From positions 93,932,001-93,996,000 of the forward strand of contig NC_087437.1 of assembly GCF_036321535.1 (NCBI RefSeq): a DNA stretch of 64,000 bases, given 5' to 3'. This DNA is from Camelus dromedarius. Lineage: Eukaryota. Shown here piece after piece: positions 12,710 through 25,704 of this stretch (within the stretch, counting starts at the first letter, position 1; every line of letters starts with the position of its first letter). A program made the translations under genes and the position numbers. The notes beneath the pieces were generated by a model, which searched no databases, was not told the DNA's origin, and saw nothing but the letters and a program-made list of their open reading frames with translations.

Positions 12710-13470
12710 CTAAATTTAAAGGGTCATGCCCTTTCTCTAAAGTCCTTCAATGACTTCCTACTTTTCTGAAAGTGTGAAGGACAAACACGTCTTCAGAGAC
12801 TGAGGGACACTTCAGGCTTTGGAGTTTGCTTTCCTCTCTAGCCTCATCTTTCACTGTCAGACCTGCATTTCACACTACAGCCTTAGGAAATAGCTTCTTT
12901 TCTTTTATATTCCATCCTTCTGGTTTTTCACTTCCTTTTTTTCTGATATCCTGTGTGGTCCCATAGCACCCTGAAAATCAGACAATGTAATGATAGTCAC
13001 TTTAAAACAATATGATATCGTTTATATGTAGAATCTAAAAAAAAAGACAGAAAGGAACTTATCTATAAAACAGAAACAGACTCACAAACATAGAGAACCA
13101 AACTTATGATTACCAGTGGGTAAAGGGGATAGGAAGGGATATATTGGGAGTTTGAAAATTTCACCTCTTGGGGAGTGATGAAAATGTTAGCTATCTTGAT
13201 TGTGGTACCCATCCAGTGGTTTCATGGGTGTATACGTCTATCAAAATTCAACAAATTGTCCATTTGAAATATGTGTAGTTTACTGTACAAGAAACATACC
13301 ACAATAAAGGTGTTTTTTAAAAAAACTGTATATTTAATTGTCTGTCTCCGTCACCGAATAGTATGTTCAATGAGGCTCACATTGTGTATGTTAGATTCAC
13401 AATGTTCTCTCAGCAATAACAGAATCCCTGTTATATGATAGGCCCTCAATATATCGTGTGGAATGAAGAA
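12710..13470 (+). mobile_element. L2 3' region, split by the L1 fragment at 13005-13325
   Basis: 'gtcatgccctttctctaaagtccttcaatgacttcc' before the L1 fragment, and the L2 terminus 'ataggccctcaatatatcgtgtggaatgaagaat' after it. Confidence 0.55.
13005..13325 (+). mobile_element. L1 3' end, apparently chimeric 3'UTR
   Basis: ORF2 end 'atatgatatcgtttatatgtagaatctaa', then 'cagaaacagactcac', G-rich tract, an L1ME-like tail, AATAAA (~13303) and an A-run. Confidence 0.75.
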
Positions 13471-14324
13471 TTAACACTAAATTTTACTAATGTGCTGATA
13501 AAGATAATCAAAAGTTTTTCATTTGACCAAAGATGCATTATAATATTGTTTATATGAGAGCTCCTCTCATTTGAACCTAGTTAGAAGCTCTAGCAGATGT
13601 TCAGAGAATCCTCACTGCTACTCCTAGGTATAAATAAAAAGGATTCCACATGATAAATATGAATTCAGGAAATGAATATGGTCATAATATTTTATAATTG
13701 CATATATACATACTTACTTATCACTATAATGTGGCATTATTTTAAGAGAAATAATATAAAATTGTTAAGAATTTGTGGTTAAAATGAAATAAGCCACTCA
13801 TGACTTGCTGTCTAATTTAGAAACAATAATGATATTGAGTGATTACTAATAGACATAAGACAATTATGTTATGTTGATTATGATAATAGAACTTGCTCTT
13901 TGGTGCTTTGTAAGTGTAAATTAGTACAAATTAACCTTGGTAACACATTCTTTCTATTACTTTATTTTATTCTTTCTTTTTATTTGGACTGTCAGTTATC
14001 ACTACTCTACATTATAATTTCTCTATCTTCCAGGTAGCCTACGTCGCTAGAAGTAGAATAATCGGTGCTAGTCAGGGAAAAAAAAAAAAACACAGCTACT
14101 GCTAATTCCAAGTAGTTCATAATTCAGATAAAATAGGTCCTGGATGACACAAGCAAGGATACTTCCATACCTGTAAAACATTATTGGTGTTGAAATTACA
14201 AGGGTTTGATTTTATTGAGTGCAAAAATCATTTAAACTATTATAATTTCTTAATTTTAGAACTGGATATAACACTCAACTCAAGGAAAGTTTCCTTTCGA
14301 ATAGCATTTAAAAAAAAATAGAAG

Positions 14325-14465
14325 GTGGCAATCTGGGCTATCACAATGACTAGCAGGTCTGGGAGAACTGAGTGCCCAGATGGCCCTGTGTGCTAATAAA
14401 CCTTGCAGTGCTCAGGAAAGTACCTCACAGCTAAGAATCAGCCTGCCCCAAGTGCCAACTGGAAA
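14325..14465. mobile_element. MER20-like hAT-Charlie DNA transposon fragment
   Basis: 'gctatcacaatgact...tgctaataaaccttgcagtgctcaggaaagtacctcacagctaagaatcagcctgccccaagtgccaa' resembles the recalled MER20 internal sequence; no termini recognised. Confidence 0.45.
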
Positions 14466-14849
14466 ATGAGGGTGTCAGAGACCAGGAAATCAACAATATA
14501 AACAAATTAGTCGTAGAAACAGGATTAAAACAGCCTTTAGACTGTCACTTTGAATGTAGTAAGAACTAAGGATATAGTTACTATTTTTTTTTTTTTTGCC
14601 ATTTTATATTTCCATGCCATTCATCAGACAGCTATGGAAATTTATAGGTGCCAGAAGTTTCACATTCTTCAAGGTCCCCTGCTGATGGTGGCCTTCCCAT
14701 GTGTTCCTCCTCCAAGAGTGTCTTTGTCAGGCAACTCTGTCTGTCGTAATCCATTGTTGTGATCCTAGAGCCCCGCCGGGGTGGTGGTACGGCGTTGGCG
14801 GCCGTGCCTCTGGTCTCTGGCACTCACAGGAGTTTGTCCAGTGCTGTAG

Positions 14850-15580
14850 TTTTTTTTCCCCTAATCAGTTCCTGGTTTCAGGGTTTCCAGTCTATTTCCT
14901 TGAACACCTGACCCCTGCTGGTAGTGTAGTCTTCTTCCCTTAGGTCAGACAGAAAAGCTGGAAGGAGCTGGACACAGAAGAATTCTCATTCTCAGAAGAG
15001 ATTAGCTGTGGCTGTGACTCTGGCCCTGGAAAATTGGCCTTTTTCACAGAGAAAACTCTATGTGTATTTCACAACGACTGTCCTTCACCTTTCCTGCCAG
15101 AGCCAAGCACAGATCTTTCTCAGATTCTTACCATAGGAACCTGATGGGGCTTCCATTCTGTAGTGAAGACTGGACCACTTTCCTGGTGGGGATCTTTTCC
15201 ACGGCTGCCACTCTCCTTTACAAGTCTAATTTACAAATCTTTCCAAGCTTTTCTGTGTCTCTAGAGGGTTCGTGGAGAAAGAGCTGTCAAAGAGTCATGG
15301 ATTCTCCCAACTGTGGATTTCTGCGACTTCAGGATTTCATACTGCTCTGCAGTCCACACTCGGTCTTAACCAGTGTGTGAGATTTTCTAGTTCACCTCTT
15401 ACATACCCTCTCTCTCTCTCTCTCTCCCTCTCGGTACCATCTCTGTGTAGATTTTGGGCCAGTTGGTTACTCTTTAAACTCAGATCCCCAGGGGGTTAAA
15501 AAAAAAGTTGAAAAATTAGTCAGGCTCATTCTTTCACAATGTGGATCATCCTGCTTCCAGAATTCTATATCCTGGGGCAA
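14850..15580 (-). mobile_element. Old L1 5'UTR fragment (L1MC/L1MD 5'-end-like)
   Basis: 'cttcccttaggtcagacagaaaagctggaaggagctgga' is the reverse-complement homolog of 'ctccagcctcctgtagccttcctctctcagctaggaagggg' at ~34570-34610. Confidence 0.6.
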
Positions 15581-17319
15581 AAAACAGAGATTGAATCTCT
15601 TTCTTTTATTAACATATTTTGCAGATCTTTCTTTACCTGTAAACATAAATCTTCCTTATTTTGCTGTTCTGTAGAGTATTTATTAATATGGATCTACGTT
15701 ATCGTATGTAACCAATTCCTAACTGATGGTCACAAATTTATGCTTTTCAGTCAAGCTTTGCTTCTTCAGAAGTCTTTGAAATATATCAGTGTGATTTCAA
15801 TAGGATAAATACATGCAGCTAGAAGTAGTGGTACAATTTGTAAAATACAAGTCTAATCATGTGTCTCTCACGTTGCAGTTCTTTGATTTTTTTTCCCCAT
15901 AGTTAAATCCAAATACCTTTGCTTTATCATTTACACCAACCTACCTAGAAAGTATTTCAATTTCCTATGCTACCTACAGTTCTACTCTTTCAGGTATATA
16001 AAATCATTCAATGTTTATTCCTCACAGCAAGAACTCTTCAAACCTATGCTGTAATATAATTTTAATCCCATAGAGATTCCCTCATGGAAATTTGATTCTA
16101 TGTTACGTGTATTGTTTTATTCTGGATAGACACAAGAAACAAGATGAAAAGTCAGTCTAATATGCTGTTAAAAGCATGCCCATTAGGTTGTTTTAAAAAA
16201 AAATTTACCTAATGAATTTCTCTTTACATTTAGAGCCAGCAAAAGTGTGTTTTCCCTCTCCTTATGAATTCATTTACTTCCTTTTATTAGATAATGAAAG
16301 CATTATAATAACTGTCCTCCATTTCTGTTTTGAATTACTGGAAGCCTTGGTCAAATTTTATGTTCCAAGTTACAATACCAGCCTAACTTTACTGGTACCT
16401 CTTTCTATAACATTATTGACCAATTATAATATTCAAGGTACTATGCTAATTATAACACATATAAGAGAAAAAAAATTGTTCTTATGCTGGTTACTAATAG
16501 CAAGTTTAGGGGGGGAAAATGACTAAAAATTCCAAACAATGGAATACAACATGATGCAAAGAGTTCAGGAAAATGGATTATTATGACCTGGAAGAGGTTT
16601 CAAAAATGTTAAAAGAGTTTCCATGTTTCATAGTGTACAAATTAAGGAGAAGTTAGGGTTAGAAAGAAGAAGCATGAAGATACGAGTACCTGTCAGGCAT
16701 GTTAGTAAAATAGTGAGAAAGCTTTTCATTCTTATCAATAGAAAAGTTTAGAATAAAATGTTATTTGGCTTTGGATAAAATTAATAGAAATTATTGGTGA
16801 TAATAAAATTTTCAGACCAAGATTTGATGAAGTCCAATGCTGTGAATTATCAGAGCACTGAACTAAAACTGATCAGTAAGACAATGTAGAGGGAGTTGAA
16901 CATTTATATTCTGGTTATGAGAGACCAAGGGAAAAAGGATGACATGTGGATAAAAGAGCGCACTTTACAGTGTAAGATTCTGATTCTAATTTATCTTCAA
17001 TAAGGAAAAGCAAGAGGTGCTCTACTTCCTCAGACCCTTCCTGAAATTATTCAGTGCAAATTATTACTTGGAATAATTTCTTTTAATTATTAAAAAGACT
17101 CATGTAATCTCTATCTAAACAGTCAGAAAACGTAAAATACAGTTTTGCTCTTTCAGTCTATAGAATTAATGTGTTTAATATGTGAAAAGGAATTCATGAA
17201 TCGAATAGTAGATGTGTTCAATCAGACCCTCAACTAATCAAGTATGTAGTATCTTAAGTTAATCTTTAAGTCTCCTTGCAGATTTCATTTAAGAGAGTGC
17301 TTTACCGACTCAAAGACAA

Positions 17320-17785
17320 GGGTGGAGTGCAGAATATAACTCCTTAGAATATGCTACTTTGGTGTGTGGATTATTTCAAGCTGAAGGCTGTCAGGGTCTA
17401 GCAGACTCGGGAAGAACTTTGACCTCTACCTTAACTGCCTAAAAGAGTTTTGATAGGAGGCCTAGCCCAGAGACAGAGCTAGTAGCAGAGATAACTTTTT
17501 TACCTGAAAGAATGACCTGCATGGTCAGACAAACATCTGATTACCAAACATCTGTTCTTATTTTCCTGTGGATTACCCTCCAGCCCTCGGAAGCTCCAGG
17601 CTCTGTCCCATCCCTTCACTTCGAGTGGCAGATTAATTGCCAGACTGCCTTTGAGTCTCATATTTATATGGGGCTCCCATGTGCACAGTAGTTGCTTTTC
17701 TCCTGTTAATCTGTTTTGTCAATTTAATTATTAGACCCCCTCAAAGAATCTAGAAGAGAAAAAGAAAAAAATTTCTACCCCTACA
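17320..17785 (+). mobile_element. ERV1 solo LTR, MER34-like
   Basis: Start 'gcagaatataactccttagaatatgctactttgg...gattatttcaagctgaaggc' and end 'ttttctcctgttaatctg...tttctacccctaca' match the recalled MER34 family; 4-bp flanks acaa (17316-17319) and acaa (17786-17789); the 5' TG is mutated. Confidence 0.75.
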
Positions 17786-20129
17786 ACAACACAATGCTTT
17801 TACTGATTGTTCACTACAAATTATGAAGTCTGACAACATGTTTATCTGAATTAGGTGACTGGCGTTAGACTTCTGAATTCCAGGCTGAGATGCATTGGAT
17901 TTCTCTCACTGATGATAGAAAGTGAGAGGATGTTCAACAGAAGCCTGACCTTGGAGACTCAAGATATTTACATCTTTCCTCTTTTAGCGTGAATAGCTAA
18001 GAAGGTCATTCAGTTTAGATGGGCGCCAGTAACAGCCTAAATTTGAGAAGTTGCATAAGAAAACTAAATGAAGGAAGAATTGTCATTAATACATCATGAG
18101 TGAGAGCCAAACTAATTAATGTAAGATCTAATTTCTAATTAAAAAATCAGGATACACAAAAATATGCTCTTTCTGTGCAACAATTGTCTGAAAATGAATA
18201 ATGCCTGCCCCCTTTAGAATGCTAAAAATGAACGTTATTTGGCCATAACCCCCACTACTGCGTATCCCGTACGAGGCTTTTTCATTCATTTTTTATTATT
18301 TTACTTCAGTTGTGCTGGTTTTCTTATCCCTTTCAGCGCATAACTTTGCTGCTCATGGTTTAAAGTCAGCCTTGTAGATATTAAAAAAAAAATAAATAAA
18401 CAAAAAACCTTGTGTCAAAGTGACATAATCTATTTCACATATTCAAAATGGAACTAATGAAGTACTCCTAAAGAAATAGCCTATGGACACAAATGTAGAT
18501 TTCCTTCACTATAAGTGTAGAAACTGTTCACTAACTCAGATTTTATATCATAGATTAAAATGCTCAACATGTCCGAAGTGCCTACTTCGGAATAGGCGCA
18601 GAGCAAGAACATGATCCAAAGATGACTTTGGTGGTTTGTGGGGCTGGAGAAGAAGAGTTCACGCAAACATAATGTAGGGCTGCGATAGTAGTGTTACGGG
18701 CGCTCGGGGGGAGTGGCAGAAGGCAGCTTATTATGGGTAAGGGAACATGTGGTTTAGGGCGGGGATTTAAGTGAAGATGTTCAAAATGCAAGGCTTCATA
18801 GAGAAAGGGATACTTAAACCATATTCAAGAACTGTCATTTTAAAGAACACAAGAATGAAAAAAGCAATTTGGGAAAAGAACACTAGTGTTCACTCATGCG
18901 TTGGTGTTAAGCCCAGCATGATGAGATGAGATGTGGTGGTATTTATGCCTCACACAAATTAAGATCATTGAGAAATAAAATTACCAATTTGCAGACTGTT
19001 CTATTGACTCTTTATAACCGCAATGGTTCTGGTTTTAATGATTATTTTCCCTGAACATTATTTTATGATTCTGATTAATTTTATTGCCCATTTAAAAATT
19101 CTTCAAACCTATTTGCATAAATAGCTTTTTAAAAAACATCAGTAATAAACACTTGTTCAATAGAAGCCAAATGCCTTACTCTCTTTCTTTTAAGATTCTT
19201 AGTTAAAAACAGCATTGTCCTGCCCATCCAGAAATTATAAATCTTTAACTTTGTTGCATAAATAACATTTTTAATTTTTAATGAGATTCTTACTTAAAAT
19301 AGGATGCATGGTAGGAGAGAAAAAATATTTTACAACATATTTTAAAATCTATTTTATCTTAGTCTATTATATATACTTGACTATTAGTGCGAACTTTAGT
19401 TTGTAAAGCAATGCATTTTACAGACTCCCTTTCTCCCAATTTTCTTTTTTAAAGTAAGTCACAGAGAAAAAAGTCAAAACTAAAACGTCTTTTACCAATT
19501 TTTTGAACTGTAATTTCTTTCTTTTAGTTATGTTAAAGTAATTCTGCTAGAGGGTTTGGCAGAGTTAACATCAGGCCTTAATTTATCAGGGTAAGTTTTA
19601 TAAAGAATTTTTCTGTTCTTTGGCTAAGAACTGACATTTTATGTATGATTAAAAGTTAATGTGCTTTAGTTTGGAATGAAAACTATTGAACATATTGTGT
19701 GAAAACAGATTTATGCCATAAAATGTCTCACATGAAAAAAATTGGTGGTGTCATGCTTCTTCCCTTAATGTTTTTATTCTGATTTTCTCTTTAGTACTTG
19801 CTCCTGCCCTGTCTCTTGAGATGTGAACACTTAAATTGGATAAATTCAATTACCCTTCAATTTCTCTTTTGTTGTTCAAAAAACTAATTAGAAGTTACTG
19901 AGTTAAAAACTGTTCGTGGTTTCAAAGTACATTAGGTCTGTGGAATGAAAACTGTTGAATACATGAAGCTTCTGACTTCTAATTTATACATCCATGTGCT
20001 ATTCATTGAAGCAAATGTATGTATTATAAGAATGATAAATGTGTATCTAAATACTTTAAGGATTAATTGAGGTGACTCTAAGGATAGACATAGGATAAAA
20101 AGTTTACACATAAGCAGCATTCAAATAAT

Positions 20130-21210
20130 GCTTTATTTATTCATTGATAAGATTTGTTGTATTCTTCGTGTATGTGAGGTGCAGTACCAGAGTCTAGAAA
20201 TATAATCAGGCATAATTTTGCACTCATAGAGCATCACATCCAATGGAAGAGGCTGAGTACAAAAAATATTTTAGGCATCTGGCTCCTCCTTGGTTTTATA
20301 ATGAAGACATGAAAGCTGTTTCCTTCTTCAGGGAATAGATCTATTGAAATGCCTACAAAAGACACAGGTCTCAGGAACCAAGGCCAGCGTGGAGCTGTTT
20401 TAAAGGTCAGACATTTGTGATGCATATAAAATGCTATTAAATCTCCCCTTGTCCAAGGGAGCCCAGACCCCAAAACACTAAAGCCTAGTCCTCATGTTTT
20501 GTTTTGTTTTGTTTTTATAATTTGTTTTCCTATAGAAATAAATACTATATTATTAATTTACTTATTAATGTATCATAATTGTCATTTTGATAGATATATG
20601 AAGTAAATGTATAGAGAATGATTAAACTAAACAGAGAGAAAACTAATCCAGTTTGAGGTGATAGGGAATGTTCCTGAGGAAGTGGTATTTAATCTAAAGC
20701 TCACAGAATGAAGAGGAATTTGCTTAGGACGAAAGGGAAAGGAAGACATGTCAGAAGAAATTAGCCTCAGAGAAGACCCTGAGTAAAGTGAAACATTGTG
20801 CTTTGGAGGAACAGATAGAAGACCATAGACCATATTGACAGAAGGAGAAAGCACTGGGGGAATGGGCAGAAGAGAGAGGGCAGGCAGGCCAGTGTGTGTG
20901 TGTGTGTGAACATTTATATGCATTTAAAAATAGAGAAAAGAAGCTGCTGAAAGGTTTTAGGCACTGGCACGAGATGATCACACTTACGTTGTGAGCAGAT
21001 TTCCTGTTTGCTGTTTGAGGAGTGAATGAGGAGGGCTTCGAAAAGATGTGGGGACATAAGAAAGGAATCCAAGCTGTGGATGATGGTCTCTTAGCCTGAA
21101 GAGAATTAGACGGATTTGAAAAATGCACTTAGAAACTACAAATGATAGATTTTGATGATGATTGCATATAAGAGACAGAGGGAGGCCACTGTCAAGGATT
21201 TTGCTTATAA
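20130..21210 (-). mobile_element. L2 (L2a-like) 3' region with an unclassified insert at ~20255-20580
   Basis: 'tttattcattgataagatttgttg...cactcatagagcatcacatccaatgg', then 'gttcctgaggaagtggtatttaatctaaagctcacagaatgaagagga...gaaaggttttagg...gatgatcacacttacg'. Confidence 0.65.
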
Positions 21211-24200
21211 ATCAAATAAAGAATAAACTTTTTGTAATATAGTCTAGGGGGAAAAATCCCCACTGTAAATTTTGCCTAACATAAAGCATGTCTCACATTG
21301 ATGAAAATATCAAATCAAGTAAGCCTCAAAGTCAAAATTAGGATGTGGTTCTCAGTCCCTGTAATGTACCATAGTTCCTATTAGAAAATGACCTGGATAT
21401 GCTGCCTAGTCATGAAGTTAAATATACTATTTAACAAATTAAGAACTATAGAGAAAAAATCCTAATGGGCATATGCATATACGTACACTTCCTTTAGATT
21501 TTCTGTTAACAAGTCATTTTTTCCCCAATTTATTGAGATCATTTTTCAGCACAAGCAAAACAAACCAAAGATACAGAAAACAGTTACGACAAATTTTTCA
21601 TTGCATCCCTTACGAAATGATGTAAAGGGACTTTATAATGTCCTCTAGTCTAGTCTGCTGCCTTCAGGCCAGTGCCATATTGTTAAGCTGATGCCTTATT
21701 CATTTTTGCATCCCCAGTGCCCTACACACTTCTGCCACAGACGTGTGGAATGTCGACTGAGGTCTGTGTAAACAAGAAATAGCTTGCCTAAGGTCAGGAG
21801 GCTGATGAGAAAAACAAAGAAGAAAAATAGGCATTTTGTCTGCCTTCTCTTAGTGTGACATTCTCTCTGCTGAGCTTACTTCATGTCTTGAAATTGGCTC
21901 GCCCTCCCTCTCCCCAGTCAGCAACACAGTGCTGTGGACAGGTGCCTGGGACCTCGGGTTACTGAGAAAACCACTGCTTGGAATGATACTTCGTCCTGGT
22001 TTGCCTTATTGCAAACTGGTTCTTCCTTTCTTCAGGCCTTCATTTTGCCTCATCTAACCAATGCCTCATCTATACTCCTATGAATCTGAAGATTACTAAT
22101 ACTTTACAATTACCAGATCTTGAAAGTTCAGTATTTCTCTACCCCTTCTTTCAATAGCTATGTGCCTCCTGCTCTTCAAATGAGCCCACTGTCTAATTGA
22201 GCCTATCTGACAGCTGGCTCATCCTGGTACCAGCTAATGTGTTCCACTGGCTCCTTCGTCTGCCACACTCTGGCCCCTGCCTCAGAAATGGAAAATCTAT
22301 TACTGTCCAGAACATTATGAAAAAGAATTTTACAATAATGATGATAATTTGATTAAGAACCACCTGGATAAGAGAATAAAGAAAAAAATTCCTATGTAGA
22401 CCTGAAGAACAACATATTTAGGTTAGAATCTATCACATACCTCATCAAATTTATGAGGTGTGCAATATGTGATAATTCTCCCTCTTTCAATAAACAACAA
22501 CATTCTTTGTAGACTGCCTTCTTCTTGAAGAACCTTCTCACAAACTCAGAACTTGTTTTGGGATCTCTTTTTGTTTTTGGTTGCTAATTAACGCCTGCTG
22601 AGATCGTAACTGGTAATTCAGATAAAAATTAATGATGCCTCGGAGTAGGACTAATCCTGGAAATTATCTGTATTTTAAAGGAAACATTAGATTTTAATGG
22701 ATGAAGTCAAGCACTGGGTTTCTAATCAAATTGGCTGTGATTTTTAGGCAGGGGAAAATTTTCTTGTTTATCCATATATTTTATTTGCATGTTTTTAGTT
22801 TTAAACTAGACAGGTAAATGTTGTGGTTATTGGAGATGAAATAGGGAAATGTCAGATTTCCTTAAGCATATCCGTATAGGTTGTGTAGAAGAGTTTTCAG
22901 GAGGAAACTAAAGTGAGTATCTAAAAAGAGAAAGATCTTTGAAATGTTGTGAATGGCTGTTGTGTGATAATGTTTCATTTATGAAAGTTCCCTAAAGATG
23001 AAAAATAAGTCCATAAATAAGAACTTGGTGTGTAACAGCAGTTCTATACTACTGGTAACAATCTTTAATAGAAATATTCAGTTAATGAAACTAGAATTGC
23101 TCAAATCTTTTAAATTATTGTTCTGCATATGCAAAATCTTTTTAGGTTATCATAAAATTATGTGCCATATTTTTCATGTCTCTCCCCCTGCAAAAAAATA
23201 GAAATATTTTCAGTCAGTGCTGTGAAAATATCACAGTTTAAAATAAAAGTCATGATCACTGTGAACTGGATTTCAGTCATCTAAATGTTAGAGTAATTCA
23301 TTACTTTTAATAATGTAATCAACATTGATACAACACAATTTTTGCTTTTCCAAGATAACATTTCCTATTCCATTTCTTACTGCATTGTCCAGCTCTTAAA
23401 CCCCTCTAAGATCTGGCACCGTTATTTCCTTGTGACCCTTAGCACTTACCAGGACATCCATCACATCATGCTCATGTCCACTCTATGTTTTCACGTATTT
23501 TTTTCATTCTGCAGTGTTCATCACTGACCCAGTTTTACCTTCTATACAGAGGCTAGGGTTCTATGTTGGTAACTCCCACCCCAGAAGAGATTAAAACAGA
23601 TAAAACCTGAATGGTAATTGATAAGTAAGTAAATGAAGCCTTCCACGGATGTTCACTTGCTGCTGACCTCTTCATCTTTGAAGATCTAAAATATAATTTT
23701 ACATCTAATGACATAAATTCTTACGAAATGAGTCTTTCATGTCAGTAATCATATCCTATAGTTTCTGTCTTGCTTTTTTGATAGAGGACATAGTTTTACG
23801 CTTCTCTTGTATACCCTACATAACCTACCACAATATTGGATGTTTTTGACAATTTGCTATTGATCAATACTTAGACTATGGATACGACTTTAAGACACGC
23901 ATTTGTATTTAACTTTACACATTAATACACTGAGTTTTATTTTTCTCTGATAGAGGGGCTGTAATCCTACAGGGTTAATTTGTACTACATTTTTACTTTA
24001 ATAGAAACAATCAAGAAATATACATAAATATTTTTTTTCATTTTCTAGAATTAAAATTCTACAATCCCCATGATAGCTTGCTTGAGTAATTAATTACCAT
24101 CATGGTTAAATACTTTTTTCTTCTTTGTGTCTGATTAGCAGTATTGCAGGAACTTACGATGATTTGATCTTTGCCATGACCTTTATACATTTAGAGAACA

Positions 24201-24859
24201 TGGTCAACGTGAGTCTTATAATCAAGCTTAGTACACTTGAAAACAGGTATCAATTATCCCCTTAACCTTCTATTTCCTCATCTAAATATATATCTATGAC
24301 TGTTCAATACTTTTCCATAGGATCACTTTTCAAAAAACTATTTTGATAACTTTCTTACTCTTGTTGAAGTAGAGAAGAGAAAGCGTTACTGAGATAAACA
24401 CAAAATACATTAGAAACATTTGCATTTCTAATATGTTAGAAACTTAAAGGAAACTTATATGACATTTATTTCTACAATACATAAATTTTTAGAAACTGTT
24501 TAGAAGCAAGCAAACAGAAACCTGACCAACATCCACGAAGTCTCTGCCACACTGAAGACACTATTCTATGTCATGAGACTGCAAGTAAGTTTTAGATACA
24601 CTATTGTTTTTAAAGTATTTTTATTTTGATTATGATTATATAGAAGAAAGAAGTAAAAAGATAATTAAAAATATACAAATAACAAAAATACAAAGGAATG
24701 AAAGGAGGGAAAGAAGAAAGGAGGCACGGGTGGAAAAAACTGTCAAGGAGGTGTAAATTTCTTGCAAAATCACTGGACTTGGTGGAAGAGTTAAAGCAAC
24801 TCTGAATAAATAAATTTTACTTAGGGAAAATAATAAAGCTTTTGCTTGTTTTGTTTTAG

Positions 24860-25315
24860 ATTATTTATTTATTTATTTTAATTAATTAATTAATTTTAGG
24901 ACTTTATTTTGGGGACAGTATAAAGTTCAAACCAAAATTGTACAGAGATGTCCCATACACTCCCTGCATAACCTTTCCCATTATCAACATCCCTCACCAG
25001 AGTAATAATAGCTGTTACAATTGATGAACTGACAATGCCAAATCATAGTCACTAGAAGTCCATGGTTTACATTAGCAGTCACTCTTGTTTTCAGTCAGTG
25101 ATTTTAGACACATACGCAACGACACATGCCATCATTACTGTATCGTGGGGAATGGCACTGTCCTAGAGGTCTTCTGTCTGCCACCTGTTCAGCCCTCCTC
25201 TGCACCTCAACCCTGGCAACTACTAATCTTTTTACCATCTCCATAGTTTTATTTTTTCCAGACTGTCACATTTTTGGAATCATACTGTGTGTAACCTTTT
25301 CAGCTTGGTCCTTGC
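24860..25315 (-). mobile_element. L1MC1/2-like 3'UTR fragment
   Basis: (TTTA)n tail, then 'tacagagatgtcccatacactcc...ttacaattgatgaac...gtccatggtttacattag', the reverse-complement homolog of 9760-9960. Confidence 0.8.
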
Positions 25316-25704
25316 TTTCTGTTTTGGAGAAGGTATTTTATTCAACTATGAGTTGTTCTCACTTCTTAAGAGCCATCTGTTCTGTGATGCTTTCTTAACT
25401 AATTTCTCTCTGACCTCTTGCTGATGCCACCTTCCTTCCTTTCCTCACTGTGTGGTGCACACATTAGCCTTCCCTCTCGCTTAGACACACAACTTCTCCC
25501 TGCCTTCCCGCTGCATGTGCCCTCACCCGGGTCTAAGCCCAGCTGTTCTAGATCCACAGAGAGTCGATCCCTCTTGTCATCCAAATTCCTGCTCAGACTT
25601 CAGCTCCTCAGAATCCTTACGCTGACTAATCTAATTTTTTCTGCCTTACTCCTGTCACCATTCTTTTACTATTTTCTGAATGAACAAGCTGAAAATCACA
25701 GTAC

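Noticed and set aside
20255..20580. Unclassified insert within the L2
   Set aside because: No termini, TSD or family similarity I could recognise, so left unassigned.
24150..24214. Possible small exon (ttgcag|...caac|gtgagt); similar AG/GT pairs near 998-1030 and an isolated acceptor-like site at ~28160
   Set aside because: Splice-like motifs arise often by chance in 64 kb; there is no linked reading frame or partner exon, and transcript data would be needed.
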